From positions 1 to 64,000 of the forward strand of contig BAAIJX010000050.1 of assembly GCA_054600435.1 (NCBI GenBank): a DNA stretch of 64,000 bases. The letters are read 5' to 3'. The notes under the pieces were generated by a model, which did not search any database, was not told the origin of the DNA, and saw only the letters and a program-made list of their open reading frames with translations. Positions 58,131 through 64,000 of this stretch are shown piece by piece. The stretch's first letter is position 1, and the number at the start of each line of letters is the position of its first letter. The position numbers and the translations under genes are program-made. This DNA comes from Neophaeotheca triangularis (Eukaryota).

Positions 58131-58220
58131 CTGATGAAACACTTTTGGATAAAAAACAAAAACAATCTCCGAGAAGCGCAAAAAATTATGCGGAGACTTT
58201 CCATGTTGCCTTCCTTCTGA
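58131..58220 (+). ncRNA. SNR52: Box C/D snoRNA, probable snR52 orthologue, inside intron 58076-58303 of a non-coding host
   Basis: C box TGATGA at 58132, D' CCGA at 58169, degenerate C' ATGCGGA at 58188, D CTGA at 58217. D guide TGTTGCCTTCCTT pairs with 18S AAGGAAGGCAGCA. D' guide AACAATCT pairs with 25S GGAUUGUU. Confidence 0.85.
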
Positions 58221-61200
58221 CATTCGAGCTATCGACACTTTTCAATCCTCACTTGCGTTTTTTCCATTTGAGAATTCTTGCTGACCGCGATTGGAAGTTT
58301 TAGGATCTTCGAGGGGTTTGTTGAGGATTGATAGTGCTGGGCTTTGGTGGGGTTTTGTTGCTCAGGGCCGGGGGCTTCTGCTGATGCCTGGGTTTTCTGC
58401 TGATGCCAGGGTTGATTGTTTGGGGGCGGGTATGTGCTTGGAGATATCGGGATAAGGGGTCAGTCCAGCTGCGAGCCTTGGGGCAGGGGGAGCTGATGGT
58501 AGGTTGGTTTTTACCTCGTCCGTTGCTCAGCGCGTGCGAGTGCCACACCTTTACATTGTCGGGGCGTTGGGTAATGCGGCATCACGCTGCTGCTCTTCCT
58601 GGAAAAATGTACCCACGGCGTCTTGCGCTTGCTTGAGCTTTCCGTCTATCCCCAGCTATTTCGTACGAGATACGGTGGTGACTACCCCTTTTCTCCATCC
58701 CAAAGCATATATTTCCTCCTCGCCTCGCGCGGTTCTCACACTGTTGTCTTGGGAGGGTGTGGCTCGGCGTCTGGTGCTGCGTCGGCAACTAGCTACTTCC
58801 AAGCAAGCGTGGCTCCTTGCGTTTCCAACTGCTCATGGCAAGAGATGTGCCGCGGGTGGGTCTTCCTCGTTGGCTGTGAGCTTAGAGAGACCCCAACGGT
58901 GGGAGAATGGGAGGTCGATGTCACGCCGGTCCTTTGTCACTACGGGCTGTCTATTTGGAGTAAGCTTAGCTATACTCGGGGATATGGAAGTGTGTCGACT
59001 GCTGCACCAACAGAGGTAAGGTCACGGCTTGATCTTACGTATGGTTTTGATCTTGCGGTCAGTCACTCCCTGCCCCAATGCTCCCTCCTTTCGAGCTCTA
59101 CCTCCCTTGCTCGCTCTCTTCCCCGTCCCCTCCCGCCCCTTTTAGCTCCAAGCGGCTTTGGTCTTGAGCGCTTCACACCCCGTCTCCAACCCTTCCACTC
59201 GCTCACGCCACTCACCCCGCTGGCAGAAGCTAGCACCCTACCTCGACCCGCTCTCGTCGTGACTTTGGCCCGTGCATTCTTCACGCAGGAGACTCGTGCC
59301 ATCTCTCCAGCTGCCCTGTAGAGCCAAACGGCGCGTTCTCACTCTCCGGTTATAGGTGACGGGGACGACAACGATCGCCGGCCGTAACTCTCACTGCCAT
59401 GGACCACCGTTATCCACTCGACTGGCTACCGCCACGGTCAATCATGGACACGGCTTTTCCGGCATTTCGGGTCCGTGGTTTCCGGTTCTGAGATTTGCGG
59501 GTGCGTATTTGGTTTGGCGACTCGGAGCCGCTTGGCCTACCCGAGTAGCCAGCATGGTTGGGAAGGGCGCTTTTGTAGAAGTTCACGTTTTGGAGGCCGT
59601 GGCGGTTGTCGTGTAAGGAGGGGTAAGGGGTACGTTCGTGGGGGGAAATCTCTTCTTGTTGGAGAAGGGCAGCAAGGGGACTTTGGGATGGAAGGATTGG
59701 GAGAACAGACAGGATAGATGGTCATAGATTGTCGAAGGGGAGCGGGCAGATGGCAGGAGAGGGGGAGAGGGGGCGGAGGACGGGGGCCGTATCGTGTTCC
59801 GCGTGCATTGCGGCGAAAGTGCCTGGGTTGGTATTGAAGCTACTTGCTTGGAAGTCCTCCATGTTCTCTTGCGGTTGGGGGAGTGACTTTCGGAGCTGGT
59901 TCAATTAAAGCTTTAAGGAAGCGGGAGTGGTTTGCAAGCTCTTGTCACGTGCGAGGGTTTTTCGCTCACGGGACCAGGGGCTCTCAGCTCTAGTTGTTGG
60001 CTGGTTAATGCTATTGCTTTGCAGGGGCAGGAGAGCGGAAGCTGCTCGAGAGGCTAGATGGCGGGCGGTCATTGCTGCGAGTATGTTCACGTTGATATGA
60101 GGAATCACTATTCGCAAGAAGGGAATCGCTCGAACTCGGCGCTGTGAGGGGGTCTTGCCCACGCGGTGCCGGTTTGCTCTGTTACGCGAAGGACTCGATG
60201 GCTGTTGGAAGCTGCATGAGACTATGCTACGCCAGGAACAAGAGACTCCCTCCCTTGGCTTATTACGTTGCTGGCCCGACACGGTTCATGTTATTGCCAC
60301 CAGAGCACAGCACCAAGTCTGCCCAGCTCGCAAAAAGCATCCTTCGTGTTGGAGGTAATGTTTTCACAAAGTGCCGTGGAGTCCGCGTCGAGCTACGCTG
60401 CTGGGTCGAGTGGTTGGAGATCTCGGCGTGTGGCTTCGTTGCTGGAGGTCGTTTCTCCTGTGCCATGGTGATGAACGAGCGTTGAAGCGAGAGAGGAGAG
60501 GACGAGGCTCGAATTGCTTGGGGGAAGTCTAAGTAAGGCTCCAGTGGTGTCAGACTATCACTGAATGTAAGATCGAAAACTTAAAATAGGGAAGTATCAA
60601 AGTTGCTTTGGAATGTGCTAATAGAACGAAGCCGTGGACTTATCGATTTTCGAACGTGAGGAAATACATGTGGACGGTCGATGCGACTAGACTTACACTC
60701 ATCTGCGCATCTGGAGCAATTGGTGATACGAGGGTTAAGTTGAGACCGGGTCTGGCTGTTTCCGACAAATCTACTACCCGGCGGGCGCCATTGCCTCTCG
60801 AGCTGGCGAGCTGGCGGGATGTGAAAAGACTGCGCAAAGGAGTGAGACGAGATGTCTTCTGTACATCAGCACTTCACTTGTGGCTTGTATGCCGCTCTCT
60901 CGTGAGTCCCTGCTGATCTGTAGTGACCGAGCGAGAAGATCGGTCACCTGCTGGCGCGGACTCAATGGTAATGAGTATGTCTTGGAGATAGACACACAGC
61001 GCGAACCTGTGAGGCAGAGTTGGAAACCAAAAGATTGTACTGGCAAGGAATCTTGATACAACGATCTCACATTGTGATTGCAAGTCGCCTTGCTTATAGA
61101 GGCAATGGCTACCGTTCAAGACCGCAATACTAGCCTGGAGGATAGCTGGGCGCTGTGGTCAGGGGACAAGGGTACGAGAAGGGCCAGTACTTGCATCGCC

Positions 61201-64000
61201 CCAAGAAGAGATGAGCACGAAGATCTTCGCTGGGGGGAGAAGAAGAGGTCCAGCTGCACATGGGTCGATCCTCGAGGGGCTCAACAGATTCAAAGAAGGG
61301 GCACGGGTCAGACATCAGGCTGGCTACGTTGCGAGCCTGCGTTGAGCTGAGAAGCACTTTCCACGTCTCATGTTCGGTCGTCCTCACTCCGAGACTTTCT
61401 GCCGTAGCAATACCACAGCGTGCTGTGCGTTACTTCCCGCCAGATGCAAGGGGGCCATCCTTCCGTTGACGAGGCTGTTGCGCAATGGGGAGCTCATGGC
61501 TGCGATCCTTCTCCCACCTTTAATTTTGCACCATCCCCTTGCCGCTCTGCATCACCAGCGAGACCGCAGGCAGCCCATGTCGTCGCAGTCGAGCCTTCGC
61601 GTCATGGTCTTGGAACGACGCCGGCGATAGCCATCGGTAGGACCCCGGGTAGCAGATGGCGTGCAGCGGCCAGGAAAAAAAAATGCCATCACAAGCATTT
61701 GGCCATATCCCTTGCGATTTCATGAATCATTAGAGACAACGCCGCAACCGGACCGTACGGCGTACAGAAACTTGGCAGCGTATGTAGCTTGCTCATCATC
61801 CGCATGTCTGGGTTGACAACCAGAGATCTCGATGCTAGGGAGAGTGCTCTTCATCCTCTCATCTTGCCAAAGCTTTGCAAGGCATCCTCGTCAGTCAAAT
61901 GTGAACATGACACGTGGTGGTACAGGACTCCTCTCCTTAGTGCGAGTCGCGGCGTCGTTGGCCTCGCGTTGGTCTGCATCTGCGTGACAATGTCAAATAG
62001 CGCTGGTGGGGGAGCCGTAGACGTTGGTCTACTTGCAGGTGCGTAAGACTGGCTGTCCTGTGAGACGTCGGCTGATGCCGTATGTACGGCAGGGTGGACT
62101 TGGGTGGTGGGTGTCGAGCGCGCTTGAGACGCAGAAGTGCAGAGCTGATGCGCGCCTATCGGGGCATTTGATTCGCCCAGTGAACCTTGGAGCTCCTTGT
62201 TCGTCACTACTACGCTTGACGCGGCACAGGGTTATGATCCGGATGGCGCAATGGAGAGCTCTGATTCAGATATCATCGACCAGCACCCGACTGCAGCTGT
62301 GATATGTCCAAGTTGGGTCAAACCTTACAAGCGAAGCTATCGACCATCGGAGCAAGATGTTCCTATCTGCGGGAGGACCTGATCATTGTCAGCTATTCAA
62401 GACGGACAGCAAGTCGTGCACAGCACGTTTCGTCTTCGGCGACGCCGACATCTCCACTCCTGTGCCGTTTCTTTCCTTCGAGGTGAAGAGGTCGGGTACT
62501 TGGTACAGGTACCTCGAGAGATAGGGCAGGTTACCCATGATCCGCAGTTGGAATTTGATATCTCTAAACATGACTCGGTCGAGGGAAAGGCGACCGAGCA
62601 CCCGCACACCGATCCAATGCCCACAGCTTTTCTCCGCCTTGCCGTTGCGTTGCTGTATCTCTCATGTTTAGAGGAAGAAAGTCACGGTCGGCGATGTGAC
62701 GAAGTCAAGTCAATGGAGCTGGCTCCTGTAAACAAGCGGGGGCCACCCCGGACCAACAACACGAGGGCCTGCTCTTCTAAGTTCTCACGATTCTCCGGTG
62801 GATCTGACTGCGTATCTTCCGTCCCCGCGATACGCTTGGAGAAATCCTGGCGTGTTGCGTTTTCGCAAGGTTTGCTCGGGCCGCTCCAACGGATGGGCGA
62901 GCACGTGGTGCGCCTGGTACAGTTTCAAGTAGCGGATGCTTGTTAGTCCTCGAGATCGTCGTGCGTGCGCAACGTGCTGATTGCTGAATTTTCTCAAAGT
63001 TGACTGTGATAGGTTCGTTGTGATGTCGATTGGCCACCATTCGCCTCGTACCCAAGCCCGCGCTCAATAATCAATCAGCCAAGGGGCGTTGTCGACGGAT
63101 TGTCCCGAACCGGGAGAGTCATGGACGTTTGTATAAACCGCTTTGAAGGGCTTGCAACCTCCCAAACGGTATGGTCGATTCGGGTTGTGACACAAGAGTC
63201 AGGACTCAAGTGACATTGTTCCACACAGAATGTGAAGCTATCCATTTTGGAATTTTCTTGCAAGGAATCCGCGGATGCCCTCGAGTCTCGCTGGAAGTTA
63301 ATGTCAAGGTGTCCGACTCCGACTAGAAGAAACCTTGCGGCATGGGAATTGTGCTCGCCCACTCACGCCTTGACAGGCACGTCGCTGACAACGGCACAGA
63401 CGGCCAGCATAGCAATAATAATTCAGCCATCCATAAACTGACTGTGGCGCAACCATCTGCCGTTACTCTTGTTTCTGAGCCAATGAAACATTTATGCCGT
63501 GGAATGAATTTTCCTCTCTATCCGAGAAAGAAAAGTAACCTCGTCTTTAACTTTTCACGCTCCATGGACCATTCATTTCATTAGTCGTGTGAAGGCAAGG
63601 TTGAAGGGCAGACCTGCTAGGAGGTATCCCACTTTGTGTAGGTTTACTACAGAGTGCGATCCTTGTAGTAGTAGGGCTGTCCAAACAACCAAGAAACGGG
63701 TCGGAAGCAGTAGTACAAGGGAACTTCCATGACGTTGCCAACGTGGACGATGCCACACATGAAGATGATCATAAATTGGGAGAAATATGAAATGTGGAAG
63801 AGTTTACCGTGCACCACCGAGTCAGAGCCCGATTCGAATCATTGTCACTTGACTCTGCAATGGGTTTCAGCCCTCAAGACTCAAGATTCAAGAGCTTGCG
63901 AGGCCAGCAAAGAAGGCGAGTCGTTCAAGAACTCTCTGCCGTTGGTCCACCGGCCGGAGAATCAAGGAACGCAGACGGCAGCAGACCGTTGGTTGTTGCT

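Noticed and set aside
58500..59800. Possible telomerase RNA (several stems)
   Set aside because: No TAACCCTAA template on either strand nearby and no convincing pseudoknot or P6.1 element.

Overview
Left end of a chromosome from a filamentous ascomycete (GT-AG introns with CTRAC branch points, RIP-type mutations; Dothideomycete-like is a guess). It opens with about 20 CCCTAA telomere repeats (1-119). From 1.4 to 11.7 kb lies a compact six-gene cluster built around a levoglucosan kinase: GMC oxidoreductase, SDR, sugar porter, Gfo/Idh/MocA oxidoreductase, the kinase and a Zn2Cys6 regulator. This looks like a dedicated anhydrosugar catabolism cluster and is the main candidate novel system. The 12-24 kb region is accessory and degraded. 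It holds a RIP-ed TIR element, a DUF6536-like membrane protein, and a pseudogenised DUF3505/RecQ telomere-linked-helicase-type gene with tyrosine-recombinase-like motifs. That gene is interrupted by a MULE-like element (9-bp TSD) and truncated by a hAT-like TIR element. From 24 kb inward the genes are ordinary: GH35 beta-galactosidase, SSU72, secreted carboxylesterase, flavohemoglobin, Dal5-family MFS permease, PLP trans-sulfuration enzyme, two large hypothetical proteins, cyclophilin, ENT3 and RPL23. An intron-hosted box C/D snoRNA matching snR52 follows. The 58.5-64 kb region has only decayed or unassignable ORFs. All family calls come from motif recognition; no database searches were run.
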